Shown here one piece after another: positions 43,901 to 57,963 of a stretch of 64,000 nt of DNA. The notes beneath the pieces are model-generated. The model searched no databases, was not told the origin of the DNA, and saw nothing but the letters and a program-made list of their open reading frames with translations. The DNA comes from Tubulanus polymorphus. Lineage: Eukaryota > Animalia > Nemertea. Numbering within the stretch: the stretch's first letter is position 1; the number at the start of each line of letters is the position of its first letter. A program made the position numbers and the translations under genes. The stretch lies in contig NC_134025.1 in assembly GCF_964204645.1 (NCBI RefSeq), positions 27,136,299 to 27,200,298 of the forward strand, read 5' to 3'.

Positions 43901-46900
43901 TAAGTGTTAATCAGTTCGTTCATTAAGTACTTGGTATACATTCGTCGCTTTTGTTCTTGTATTTAAACACGAAGCTACTTTTTATTGACTCGGACTCAAG
44001 TCAAATATAACTCATCGTCTTATTTCATATGAATTCCATCGATTTTTCGAGTATTTCGGCTGTATTCTAATTGAAATGAAATTGAACGTTCCGGATGCTT
44101 TGCGACATATTTTCTTGGTCGTTTCTTCGTGAATTTGCCCAATAGCGTCTAGATTGTTTCGGTCGACATCCCTGTGTATCGCCGAAGAACGTTCTAGGAC
44201 TGACAATTAAAGAAACTCGGAAACTTTGCTCACTACAACAGATACATTGCCAAAAATGATTTATGAAAATACGCTTAAAATCTCATAATTCAGATGCTGC
44301 TACTAAAATGCATTCGATCAAAAGCTTGCGTATATGAAGTTTCATCATCGCGCTGGCTGAAAGAACAAAGTAAACATTTTGGCATTGTGAAATGTACTTG
44401 ATAAAAAGCGGAGCAGAGCGCGTCAAATAATCCAACTACGGTTGAATTCAGAGCAGTCGATAATATCATAATTATTACAAAAGCTCGATTTTTATCGGAG
44501 AAAGAAGTCGGCTGATAGAAAATGCTATGATTCAGTAGCGTCTCGTGTGTCGACTCGAGGGGATCTGTATTAAATGTGGTCGATGTATATTAGCCTTTAT
44601 TCGTTAATTCGGTTACAGTAAAATCGGAGCTGTCAGATGCACACGAGAGACTCGTATCGTATAGTAGTAGATTGCAGACCACGCGAATCATTTATTCATT
44701 CGCATCTACTACTGTCAACTTTTAAAAAGTAATCCGTTGTTCCTCTCGTCTGAAAATATTTCCGGTTTTTGTCGTCACTTTTGGATATTTATGTACTTTA
44801 AAGCGAATTCTGAGAAGTAAAACGATCTTTGCAACAGACTGCAAAACCCCATTCTAGACCAAACAGCGTTTTGTACGTGTTAGACTTAAGCGCCTTTGTT
44901 CGTTTCGGCGTTTCATTGTGAAAAGGAGAATGTGTCCTTCTTTAAGGATAAACGTGAAACGTAACGGACGAAAAGAAAGCGGAATAACGTATTTGCATTA
45001 ATTCATAAATAACAGCGCAATCGGAATCTACTTGCAGGTTGGTTTGGTTCATGGACTGTAGGATGTTACTCGAGATGTGAGTATCGTGACGTCACGGGAG
45101 ACGATGGACGAATGAATCAAGCAACCACGCGTGTAATCATACTCTTCCGCCACGCTCATATAGTTCCAAACAGCAAGCATCTGGTTTTCTATATACTCCT
45201 ACTGCGACCCCTGAGTCATTGTGACTATTTTTAATTGTTTAAATGTTTTTCTGCTTCTCCGCGTAATCAACATGTGGGGAACTCGCATCTAGCGTCAAGT
45301 AGCGGTCGGAGATTTTTATGATACGCGATCCGGGAATTATTTCGAATCTGAAACAAAAACTAGCAGTTGGAATAGATGATGTACGAATAACTAAACCAAA
45401 CAGAACCGTAAGTATTTGAATAGGCTGAAATTCAAACTGCGTGAAATGCTTACAATTCTCAAGAATAAGATAGTACATCGATATTTATTGCTGTTACAAC
45501 TAAATTTCTAGATTCTACTGAATGAACAGTTTTAAATTCTTAATGCATGTTTCAAAGAATGCGCGACTAATATAAGCATTTGAACGAACGAAAATGCAAT
45601 ATCAAAGATACTTCGTTTCATAGACACTTCAAACATTTTTGGACTAATTCTAAAAACATTATCTTAATCGATTAGGATATATTTCAGTATTAATCTGTGG
45701 AAACTTTTCTCTGTTGAATTCGACTACAAAGCTGAACAAAATATTCAGGTGTTCATATGGTTTTTAGTAACAGGCCTGTTTTTTTTTATGTCGAGCTTGC
45801 AGGGAGCGAACAAAAGGAATTACTACCTATATTTTGTAATAATAACAGCTGTCTTTCCGTCGTTCGTCAATTCCGTGAAATAGATTTACAACCAATTAGC
45901 CGAATAAACACACAAATAAATATGGGTGAAGAATTTCATTAGCTCTATATAGTAAATAGGTTGGTAACTTGAGCTAATCAAATGAAAGTCATTATAACTG
46001 ACGTATAATACAAAGATTGGTTCATTATGGCAGCGCAATATGTAATTTAGTAAGGTTATTTAATGAGTGTAATTTTGTTCCGGGTTCTACGAAGAATTGG
46101 CCAATTATGCACGATATTTGGCACCGTGTAGGGTAACATTGAAAGTGGCACAAGGCGTCTTAAAAATAATTACTGTATTTTATCATATATATATAAAGGA
46201 TACCTAATACGGTGAAATTGGAGTCTGACATAAGATGCCCTACAGCAACAGGGTTCTGAAGCATTTCATCTCCAGTCTAAAAACCATAAGCTCTATTTTA
46301 CGATACCCGTTTCGTAAGTTTTTTTTTAATGAATTATTTCATAATATTCAGGTAAAAGTTCTATTTTGAAACGCAAATTTCTGAGCTTTGTACTTTGCTG
46401 ATATTTCATGCCTCGGTTGATCTACTCTTAGGCAGCGAGAAACCTCAAAAGATCTCAACAACTCGTGCGCTTCATTTCCCTCCCGTTTTCTGAAAATGTA
46501 CTCTTTTTCTCAAATCCCAATTTAGTTCCGATTGAAACTCGTCGTCAGCCGTTTTTGCCTCGAACAAACACTCCATTTATATCCAATTTGAAATATAATG
46601 CACTTGAAACAAAATGGTACTTAAAATGTGAGACAGTTAATGCGTTGCGGAAGATATGCCGCTATTACGTATGTGAACGCGGCAATTAAAATTTGGCCAA
46701 TAAGTTGCTAAAAAGCCCTTTCATTATTGCCATTCATGCATCAGAGGAATATTGCACCAGTATCTCACCAACTCCTTGATTTGATGCTGTGTGAATATGG
46801 TCCATTTTAAAGCGAAAATGCATCAAACGTCCCTGTTTGGTGGTGTTACATTTTTTTCGGTACTCGGATCGCCTTAAATTGCACACTTTCTATAAACACG

Positions 46901-49900
46901 GAATGATGTAAAAGTGTTGCACGATCTAAATGAAGCCAGAGAAGTAACTTCAATCTTCACTTTCGGTTAGGTCGAAAAATATGCACACACATTCTTGCTG
47001 GTGTTGGGATTGGATACTTGATCTGTTAAATGGAATTAAACCTTTCGTTTTGTGCGAAATAATCAGATACTATCTCAGTACAACAAAACTGTGATTCATC
47101 GCTTTAATTTGAATCTGAATTGCTTTTCTAGCCAGTTACCGTTTGTCTTAACTTATCGACGCAAGATTGCTTTCGTTGCATTGATTTCAATTCGAGTACG
47201 AGTGTCGAGTGAAGCTCGGTTTGATACTGGCACAGATCTGGCTGCATTCGTCGAGCGATTTTCGGCTTGTTCGACTAAAGAAAGTCTTTGGCACAAAATT
47301 AGTCCGCGTATCTAAACGATTCATCTACTTCGTGATAGGAAAAGACTTCCTTTGGCGTTGCCTTTCTTTGGCATCATCGATCAGCTAATCAAACTCAAAT
47401 TGTCTTTCTTATTTCTTTCTGTTTCTCGTCACGGTGGAGGTTCTTTGGAAAAAAAAAGTTGGAGATCTTTCTTAGGTTTCCTTGCAGTGATATATATTTA
47501 TTGTACAATCTCGACATGAGAAGCCATGTGTACCTCGGTAATAATTCTCACAGAAATAGACTCAGAAGCCTAGATGTTTCAGAGATAATGAAGATGAACA
47601 CGGATATTGGGAGATGTGGGATGTTCCTTCGTTTCATTTTTATCTCTAACATCCAGCTCAGCTTGTTTATGGACACTTGCTCTAGAAGCTGATAAATCTC
47701 GATTCTGCCGGAGAACTCAACCTCGTCTTCTTGCCGCAAATATCTTCATTCGGAAACAGACATACATACATAAATATATAGTGTTTCTGTTATTTATTTT
47801 CAAGTAGGCTTCAAGTAGGACTATACGTTAGTCCGATGTTTATACATTAAGTGATTGATTGTATAAACCAACAATTGATTAACGTATCATTCATATTTGT
47901 AGTATTGAGGTACCTTGATGCGGTAGTTTCTTTGAGAGTTTATTTGCCGAAAATTGTAAGCATATTATTTTGCTGAGTTGAAAAAAGTTTCGTTTCCTAA
48001 GAGTTTCAAAAATCTTCGAGAAGAGGTAACGTGTGTTTGACTCATTTCTAGTAGATAGGAATCCTCTGATTCTGCAATATAGTGGTGGTTAAAACGTGAA
48101 GGAATGATCGGTCAACGGCTTGACCAGTGGAGTGAACGTTGCAGTTGGTCAGCTGACAGGAGCTGCTAATTACTGATGTAATTAATCGGTATCACCTGTG
48201 TTTGTACTTCTTACTCACAACATTAAAACAAACATTTTCTTCAAGTCTTGACTCATCAATAACCCCCACCCGGTCATTAAAGGATGTACCATTTCTAGAG
48301 GCTACTCACAGATTGGCCATTGGAATATATATGTTTACAGAGAATACAGAGAATATAAGAAGGTTACTAAAATCTTGATAGAAAATATAAATTCCCAATT
48401 AAAAAAAAAGTTCCTAGCGTGCAACATTCAGGGAAACGGCCGAACGTTGCTTTCAGAGAGCGAGCAGATGTGCAACCACGAAACACAATCCCATACAATC
48501 GTCTAATAGGTGCACCTTGTGTATTTTACACGATTTCTGCCCGATACACCTGCGAAACATTTTACGATCCAACTTACGAATGTTTGCTTAGCGTTAATTT
48601 GAGGGTGATATCGGCGGAATTCTGCGAGAAACCACTGCGAAAATCTCTGGTGCATTCTGGCGAATTCGTTCCAGGTGAACACTGCATACGAATTCCATAC
48701 CAATCTGTCCTCGCTATGTAAATCGTATAGAGACCACGGGGACTCTTGAATCACGTAGCAGACATGCAAAAATGAAAAAGCCGTGTACATAATTATGAAA
48801 GGCGATAAAGAACGAAGCAATTTGGGAATCACCTTCAACAGATGCATCTGAAAAACGACTGGGTAATTTCTAATTTCCGGTCAGAAGATGATCCGAGCTG
48901 AGCCCGAATTAAAGGTTTCGTGCGTCGACGTGTTAGAGACAATTTTTTGCTTGCCAATCAAACGATTAGCAACCTGTACGATACATGTTTATTTCGGTGA
49001 ACTCTCGTATAATGAAAGAGCGCTCGACCGTGCAGTGAGTCAGCGTTTTCCTGCGCGTATACGGCAACTTTGGAAAGCAGCACGGCGTCTGATGCGCGAG
49101 TTTTGGATAGAAAAAATGATCGATTACTCATAATAAATCTAAATCAATTGCCCTAATCAAACCTGGAGGGACTTATAGAAAACCCACCACAGCGTACACA
49201 CATTTTGTTTGAATCAGCATCATTCTGCGCTTACAAGTCGTATCTGATGGGTCTTTAGCTCCTATTTGATACGAGAAGTGGATACGTCTCAACAGCAGGA
49301 CCATCCCTCGGGATATGATGCATGTTTTACACAGTAATGGATGAAACGCTACGACACGTAGGCCTATTAGTTTCGCGGATAATTCCGTTGCAATTTTGGT
49401 CATTGAAATGAATCGAAAATCATATCACGAACATCCGAAGTGACTGTATGCTCGCCAGATCAAAGCATCGGTCTTGATAGATAGATTCTCAGTCAGGGCC
49501 TCAAGTTTAACTATTTATTTCTCGTTTCCTTCTTACCCGAGGTTTACACCATATTAGGAAGCTATAATCGTATACACATGTAATTAATGTCTTCGGCAAA
49601 TTTTTAGGTGCATTAATTACAATCATAAATCATGTTTCTGGTTTCCATCGAACGCAGATATAGATTTGGGTGACTAATGGTTGGATTTACGTTTAAGGTT
49701 TGCTTGTCGAAGGTAGCGGACTGCGGTGACTTGTTCATCTCACCAGGGATTAGTTCGGCAAAAGATGGATGAACTTGGAGATGGAAGCAACAGTCTGAGC
49801 GGTTTCTGAGGATGGTGATTTGTCACGCTTTTCTGACATATTGATACCAGGTCGACTTCTCCGAATAGAAATTCAGGGTCTCGCAATTCTAAAAACTTCA

Positions 49901-52900
49901 AATGATAATCTCGTAGAAAACGATACTGTTCTGACAGAATTATTTCTTAGCTATGAACAGCCTTGTATTCGGTAGTACCAGAATATTCCAAAACTGGAGA
50001 TGCTACGAATAGTCGATAGTTGTAATCAATTTCCAGGAAGTGAGTTTTCGATCTCAAATGGCGCAAATCGGCAGAATTAATCGAAATTGATTAGCTGTGT
50101 TAAAACTCATGTAACCCGTGTTGGTTCGTCGCATTTAGCCCAACAGTCAACGATCTTTACTTTACAAAGCTGACTCAAAGCTCTGAAAACATGCACGTGA
50201 ATCCGTCCAATCCATCATACTCACAGCTTATTCCCACTGCCAACTACGGCTGCTACACAAGTATTCTTACAACTGTGTGAGAAAGCGGAATAATTTGGAT
50301 CAGGTTGTTGTTCAGAAAACATTTATCTCAAGTATTTCTACATGTATTTCACTCGCTTATTTTTAGAATGTATACGCAATATCCAAATATTCGTAGAAGA
50401 CTTTAGCAGTCTGAACTAAGAACAGTACTAAAAGTTGTCACATTTTCGAAAATTTCCAAGATATTTGATTCAATTATGAGATAGTAAACTGCCTCGTTCT
50501 TCAATGGATATCTCATTTATTGAATCCCCAATATAGACCGAATCGATTAGAATGCACAAGAATCGGTGCCAATATTGTCCGCTTGGTGTGAATTCATGCA
50601 TTTGTTGTTTAAACTCACGCGATTTCATTCGTCGCGATGATTTATATGTTCGTGTTGCACGTTTTTGATAAATAACCAGTTTGTGAATATTTTAGCTGAA
50701 TGCAAATTGGTAAAAAGAGAAATTAGTTTTTTGTGGTTTTTGTTCAGCAAATTCCATATAGTCCTTTTTACGCATGACCCGTCTTAAGGATGTGGTGTGA
50801 GCTTTAAAAGCGCATGTCACGCAGACTTTCAGACTTCTCGACTTCCCCCATCCATTATACAAAAATGGTATGGCCGTCACAAACAGGCTGACACGACAAT
50901 ACTACAGATCCCCGAGGCCAGAAATTTCACCGATCCTTTGGCAAAAAGACAGCTCAGATCAACTACATCTTGGTCGTCGCGAGATCTTTACGGGAGATGG
51001 TTCCTTTGTTAGTGCTCTTACCAAACACAAGTAATCAACATAATCACCATTAATGACAATTTGTCCGTTTTCTGCTACATGGCCATCTCATTTTCAACAT
51101 CTAACGTCAAAAGTGATGAATCCTTTTGGTGCTCCTCGATGGTAAACCTCGGCTTACAGCAATGACGTGCGGAGAAGACGCGTTTTGTCTTTTTCTGTCG
51201 ATCAGCAGTCATAGGGGGAAAATAGCAAATTACTAGTATACGGTATAAAGACCTTCACTGGAACTACGAATAGCCTATATGTGTTGAAATTCTTGATTTA
51301 CAGTCCCTTTAAGAAGCCTGAGTCTGACTCAGGTAAGGTTTTGACGTGAATGCCAGCTGGATTTCTTGATGGGTTGCGTTTATAGAATACCCACCTTTGC
51401 TCCGCTTTCTTCACTATCCGGTATACAATTGTTTTGTAAACAGTAGATTATTTTACTGAGATTCTTGTAGCACGTCTTTATCTCAGTCGGGAGGCCGTTC
51501 CAGACGATCCGAGAATACCGAATCTCACTGGGATACCGACTACTACAGGTCCGTTTATCCGTGATCAGACGATCAGTTGCAAAAAAATTTCACGCTCCAG
51601 TAAAGTTTTGATATTTTCATGCCTTTCATGTATAGTAGCTGTTGCGCCCCATTTGTTCTGTGGCGTTATTGGTTTACCGTTTACCTTTTACCTTGGTCAT
51701 CTCGCGTATGTCCGATGTTGCTTACATCAAATAAACTAATACCCACAGCTTATAAGCATACGATGCAGTAGCCCGGGGCAGAAATCTGTCTTATTTCTCT
51801 CGCTGCCCCGTTATTTTCAGCCCCAATAGCCTGTTATACTTCGCCATTAACGACGCTGATACCGCCAAATGACCAAAACGAGATTTTCGAATTGGATTTC
51901 GGTGCGTTGAATCCGCTAATGTAGGAAATGTTTACACTGTAACTAAAATAGATATAATTCATGCCATGTCGCACTGCAGTAACATAACAGATATCACATC
52001 AATCAATCAATATTTGTTGAACTGCTTCCATTAAAGATGAGAGCAGAAAATTATCCTGAATATTGACTGACTAATACCTTCGATTTTAGCAGCGAGAGAA
52101 ATGTAGTGTTCTTTAGTAGCGTTTTTTTTAACGTAATGTTATCTCAGATTAATCTTCACCGGTTTGTGATTTTGAGAAGGCTTGTGTGCATTTTTAAAAA
52201 CAATGCCACTGAGAGTCATCCATCTTTGATGAGGAGAAACTGTCATAATGTTAATTGGTACCCAAGACGTCTAGGATTTACACGTACAACTCTGCACAAT
52301 TCACTCGTGACAATTGTTGCATTTCCACTCATTTCAGACACTTCATATTCTCGATGTTCTATGCGCTTATCTGTTGGATCTTTTCATCCGAGTGAGGTCC
52401 CAGTCGAGGACTCGGAGGTCACGTATACGGCGCCATCTCTCTGCTTTAATTACTCCCAGGAGTGTCATGCGAGATTTATAATTTCTCAATCCTTCTAATA
52501 AAGTAATTTCTCTAGTGTCACCATTAAAAGTATTGGATGAAGAATTCACGATTGCGGTCGATCTTATTTGCAATTAATCTGGGATATAATTCCTATCCTG
52601 AGAGTTGAGTGATATATATCTACCATCCCTTCCCATAATGATTGTCTGAAATCCTATACTGCATAGAGAAGTAATATCAACACCCCGGTAGCGATTGAAA
52701 ACATCGTTTTTTTTAGTTTCAATAGGTGGACAGCGTATACTCATCAGTTACTCGAGGTACTAAGTTCATTACGTGAACTTAAGTAAATTCGAGTTTACCA
52801 GCTGGTTGATGCCCGTGGGTAAACGTTGAAACCTTACTATCGGTCGGATTATTTTTATTTATTTTCACTTGTTAAACGTTGTTTCTGACGTTTCCCGACA

Positions 52901-55900
52901 GTTTACACGTGTTAACACCTGAAGCGTAACTTCGGTACGGTGCCCATGATTCAGTCAAATACAACACGTTGGTGTTTTTATGGAGAACTTGTATAGTTCG
53001 AACATAATTCGACCGTAACGTATATTTTTACCTTTGAAAACGCCTAGACAAAAACATGAAGCGCCAGAACTCGATGAAATCATTGCGAGAAAAATTGTCG
53101 ATCGACTTTTTAACCTCAGCATTCATGTGGCGCGATTTATGTTAACGACATTCGGTTAGTTCAGTGATTCCTGGAATAAAAATGCAATTAGTCAGATCCC
53201 CAACTACCGGCTAACTATAAACGAGCTAATGGCGCGAATAATAAGTAATGGCACATGTCCATATTAGAAATTCATCTTAGTTACACCAGTTTCTACACGA
53301 TATTGAGTGGAGAAAAAAAATCAGGGGCCGTTACCATCAAATTTACAACTGTTTCTATGACATTGAACAAATTAAAGAGGAGTCCTCACAAGGCCATACA
53401 TCTGGTTCCCTACATATCCAGCAAATCTGAATTTCCATATTCTCTGTGGACCTGAAGATTTGATGGCGGGATTGTATATTTTTTATCTGATGCGGCCATC
53501 TCTCGTCGTATCGGTACATCTCCACTCAAGCCCTGTGACTCAATCGGGCGACTATCGGAATTTCTATCTCGTCCAATATGCTGCTATACCATAGCGGCGT
53601 CAGCAAAATTCCGCCTTTCGTTTCAAACTCAAGCATTCGAAATTGTACCCGGTACACGCATATTAGATTTAAAGGATTCGACAATGCACTTCTAACTGAA
53701 TAAAAGTGCAGAGATAACCTAGCTTCAGAAGAATATCAATCAGACATTTCTAAAAAAAATTAACAACACCATCATATTGAAAGGAAGTAGAGCAGTATTG
53801 GAGCTAAGTTTTGCGGTTACAACACCGTGCGGTAGCTTTTAAACTCTCAAAATGTCAGGTTTTATCGATTCATTCTGATATCTTCGATTCTGAGAATCTC
53901 CGCGAGAGATGAATAGTGAACTAAACGCGTGAATGAGAAATGCTCGACTACATGTCGAGTAGTGTAACATCATTATTACTGCATTTTATGCGTTCAACAT
54001 CTGGAAAAGATGAAATTCGTGTAACTCTGGCCAGTGGTCAGAGAATCTGTTTGATTGATTATTGCCGATCGCTGATAACTACATATATATCGAAGTCTTT
54101 GCACGCGCTTGGCTTTAGTTTAGAGCACAGCGTTCCACCAGACGTAGGTTACTACTTTTACCCGATTGTCTGCGCGATATCGTGCGATGAAACATTCTGA
54201 AAATCTCACAAACTTCTAAGTGAACTTGTAGCCAGCTTGTAATTCAAACCTTGTTTTTTTCTAACCGCGGCACTAAAAATTTCATCGGCGAAATATAATC
54301 TTTTCGATAAAGTGTAAAAGGTTCGTGGTATAAGATTTTTATCGGACGCCACAAGTGGTGATAAAAAACCTATCAATCAAAATACATTTCATCCACTTAC
54401 GTCGAACTTATTTTGCCTTTCCGAAAACTATTCAACCATCAATGATTTATCAGTGTTGATAAACGTGGATTCCAGGGTTACTCAAAAATGTATTATATAA
54501 AGTCTTGTAAACGATTTGGCATTGCCTATCGGGACTAGGATAATTCAAAATTGCAAATTGGAAGCAGGCGTTACCTTCTGATCAGAACTAAGACCCACCC
54601 CGAGTAGAATTTATTTAGCATTTTCATTCCACGTTTGCTTGTAGTTCAAGGGGAGGCTGTGGGCGAGGAATGGATAACAAGAGAAACAATCCCACTTGAG
54701 AGAAACACTCGAGGGTCGGGAACCGCCTTTATCAATACAACCGTATGTAGTTTCAAGGTTCGATGAGATAAAATACCTTCCTCATCCACTTCAAGTTACC
54801 AGATGAACGTTTGGCCCAAAATAAATGTGAAGCTCTTTTTGTCGGGGCCGTTTTCATAATGATTTAACAATGATCGTTCTCACAGCGCAATTTGCCAAGC
54901 TCTTTATACCTTATATTATATATTAAAGGATATACATTTTCCAATCCTCTAAAGCATCAATTAACAAATAGCTGAAAGAAGAAAGTACAAAACCAGCCGT
55001 GCCGAACTGGAACCAATCAACAAGCGAGTAGGCCTAAAACCAAAATTAAGAATTGAAATATAATGATGTATATTCATATCGCTTTAAATTCGAAGTAACC
55101 ATAGTTGTTTTGATCGGGCAAAAACGCTTCCTGTGATCTTCCTGGCCTGGTCCGCGTCCCGGTCCGAGACCCCATCCATCACTGGCATGCGAGGGATGCG
55201 GCTGCGGCATGCAAGAGATGCTTATAGCGACTGTAGCGCCATTGACGTTCAAATCTCGACTCAAAAAAGATTCGACTTTTTTAAATCTTTAGAAAATCAG
55301 GTTGGCCTTTGTTTAGAAAGGAAACCTTGCTACTTTTAGCGTGGTGCTCATGGATATGCATGGTATCGTGTTGATTGACACCGTATCGAGTTTTTTCGTC
55401 GACTGTGACATCAGTTTCGACTACATCCACTTTTTTGCGGTTGTCCCCCTGGCCCTGCTGGCCTGCGCTGTCCGCTTCACTTTCAGTTCTCCCTCCTGCT
55501 TGCATTAAATCTATCTCGAGTATGAAATATTAATATCCAATCCTTTTCAGGAACATTATCGGTATTGAACATTATCCAATTAATAAAAAGAATCTACTTT
55601 ACAGGGCAATACCATGGGTTTGGTCATTGATACCAGTTTTATCTCATTTTCAAAATGTGACCCACCAATGTGAACAGGTGAAATGGAAACTAAAAAGAGC
55701 ACTTTAAAGTAAAACCCCCATAACCTGATAACATTAGAATGAACAATAAATGATAATTGTATAAGTGCATATCAGATTCTCATAATCATCAACATTTGTA
55801 TTAATTAGCTGTTTGCATTAGAATGGGTCATTCATTAGCTGATGAAAATTAAGAGATTTTAATTAGGTACCAGCTCCATTAACATAGGCTTTGCTATTAT

Positions 55901-56575
55901 AGTTTGCCGAGTTGAGATAGAATATTCAGTTTATTATTGAAGCTGGTTGAATGGTAGCCTAACCGACCTAATACACACATGCCATCTATACTAAGAAGTT
56001 GACATTATCATTTCAGCATGTCTGGCACAGCGGAGATTCGTAGCCTGCTGCTCTCCATCGGCCAAACAAGGGTTCTCAAATCCCGAAATAAAGTTCGGAA
56101 GAGGAAATCAAGACTTTAATTCATCGACAACGTATTTTAGCTTGAACTTTTTATTTGGATTTATTTTGCTGAATTTTAAGGAAAAATCTGAAAAACAACT
56201 GCTGGTAAGAATTTATGTTTTTTTATGGATGGAATAAGACATAGTTCTACATAAAAAGTCTAACAATGAAAGGTCACGATAAGAATCTTTTTTTGATTAT
56301 TTTTTATTCCATAATTTAGCCTACTTGCAAACTTACTTGAATATTTTTGATTTGATCATTTTAATCAATATCGTATTGAAAGAAATGTTTGATGATTGAA
56401 AATATAATGGAAATGAAAATATCAATGATTGTATTAATGAGTTATTTATTCATGGTACAATATTATATCTCAGTTTAATATGTATTATATAATTCATTCC
56501 CTATCGATTGATTTCACTTGAAGATAGAAAAATAAAATACTTCAAGGGCTAACAATAAAAAATGTTGTTTCAGAA

Positions 56576-57963
56576 ATGGAATCTCGACAAATTCACGGAA
56601 CGATCATCACTCATATGGCATCCGGGGTTACTTTCAAAGAGCGTGTACCGGGCGTCCCTCTTGGTCCTAGAGGGCCAATTGAAGGCAGGCGATATATGGT
56701 AAATCATCAAATTTTGATATTTGATTTTAGAAATTGTTTCATTTAGGTTTATCTATTTATAATCTATAGTTATTTATAGATTTATTTATGAATTATAAAT
56801 CGATATATATGTAGTGATTGGTATTGAATTTCTATGACTTCAATCTTTCATTAGTGCTGCCACATAGACGTTTGTTGTGGAAACTAACTCCGATGTTAGA
56901 ATGAATCCTGACTCAGTCACTAGATGGTGCATGAATAGAACATAATATTCCATCATCCAAGAGATATTCCTCCATCCTAGAAATATTTCTTTATCCTAGA
57001 TATATTTCTTTAAATCAAACCCAAATACACCTATGTCCGTGCTGGAAGGCTATAGCTTGTTTCCAGATTTTCTTTTTTTAAGAAACATTGAAGAAAAAAG
57101 GAAGCTGTCAATTTATTTTGTTAATATTGCTGCAATGTATGAAAATATTTGAGTAGAAATTGTTTGAAAGTTTGAATAGTTGAAACCTGGGCTGAGTAAT
57201 AATAATCCTTGTACACTATACCTTTAATGAGTTTTAAGTATGATTTCGCATTAATGGGTCGAAAGGCCAAAACTGGTTTTCAATAGGCATAAGTGTTGCT
57301 TGGTAATTGGCCTGTTTTAGCGGTGCTGTAGTAGTGCACTTCAAAATGTAAAATATGTCATTGTTTTACATCAAAGGGAATATTCAAGCTAAAAGTTAAA
57401 ATACATTAGTTGATTACCATTGAGGCTACATGTAGCTTGCCAGTTAGTCATTGTTTGTGCTCAGTAGCTGGGATAGTATTATTTGCGAATGAATTATTTT
57501 GCCCGGAGTGTAAGTTTTTGAAGTTTTACTGATTTTTCTCGTATCAAATTTCATCGACACGTATTTGATTACCGATAGCTTTGAACTATACATTTTCTAT
57601 TTCAATTATAATTAGTAATTATAGATTTCTATTGAAATTGATTTATCTTTGAGCTATGTGAAGCTTTTTATCATTTCATTTGATTATTTTATCTATTTCT
57701 AGATGGAAAGAGGTGCATTCAGTATGACGCACTTTGACAGTTTAGGTCGCCTGAAACCAGTGCCTTATCCGGGAATACCTACCGGGGCAGGACCGACTTA
57801 CGCGACTTTGGGCTATGAATTTAATCGTCCTCAAATGTATGCGGCGCGCAATCGAGGTTCTGGAATCATGTGTGAAATGTGCAACACGAGACTTGTCGAC
57901 TTGAAACGACAAGCGTTGAAACATCTAGTACCAAATCCTAAAAACAAAGCTATATTACTCGGG
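56576..57963 (+). CDS. KIF26: KIF26-like kinesin, first two coding exons (56576-56698, 57703-57963); the gene continues beyond the window
   Basis: Exon 2 encodes CEMCNTRLVDLKRQALKHL, matching the KIF26A/B N-terminal CxxCNxRLVELKRQAL motif as I recall it. Exon 1 encodes MESRQ...MASGVTFKERVPG...GRRYM. Both exons have good AG/GT ends in phase 0. A probable upstream non-coding exon ends at 56204 (CTG|GTAAGA). The motor domain is not in the window. Confidence 0.75.

Noticed and set aside
52714-52757. Hammerhead ribozyme core on the minus strand (CTGATGAG...TGAAAC)
   Set aside because: Stem II does not pair, and stems I and III could not be formed.
39139-54200. Numerous 60-150-aa ORFs on both strands
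   Set aside because: No motifs, no consistent splice signals and low-information composition, as expected by chance.
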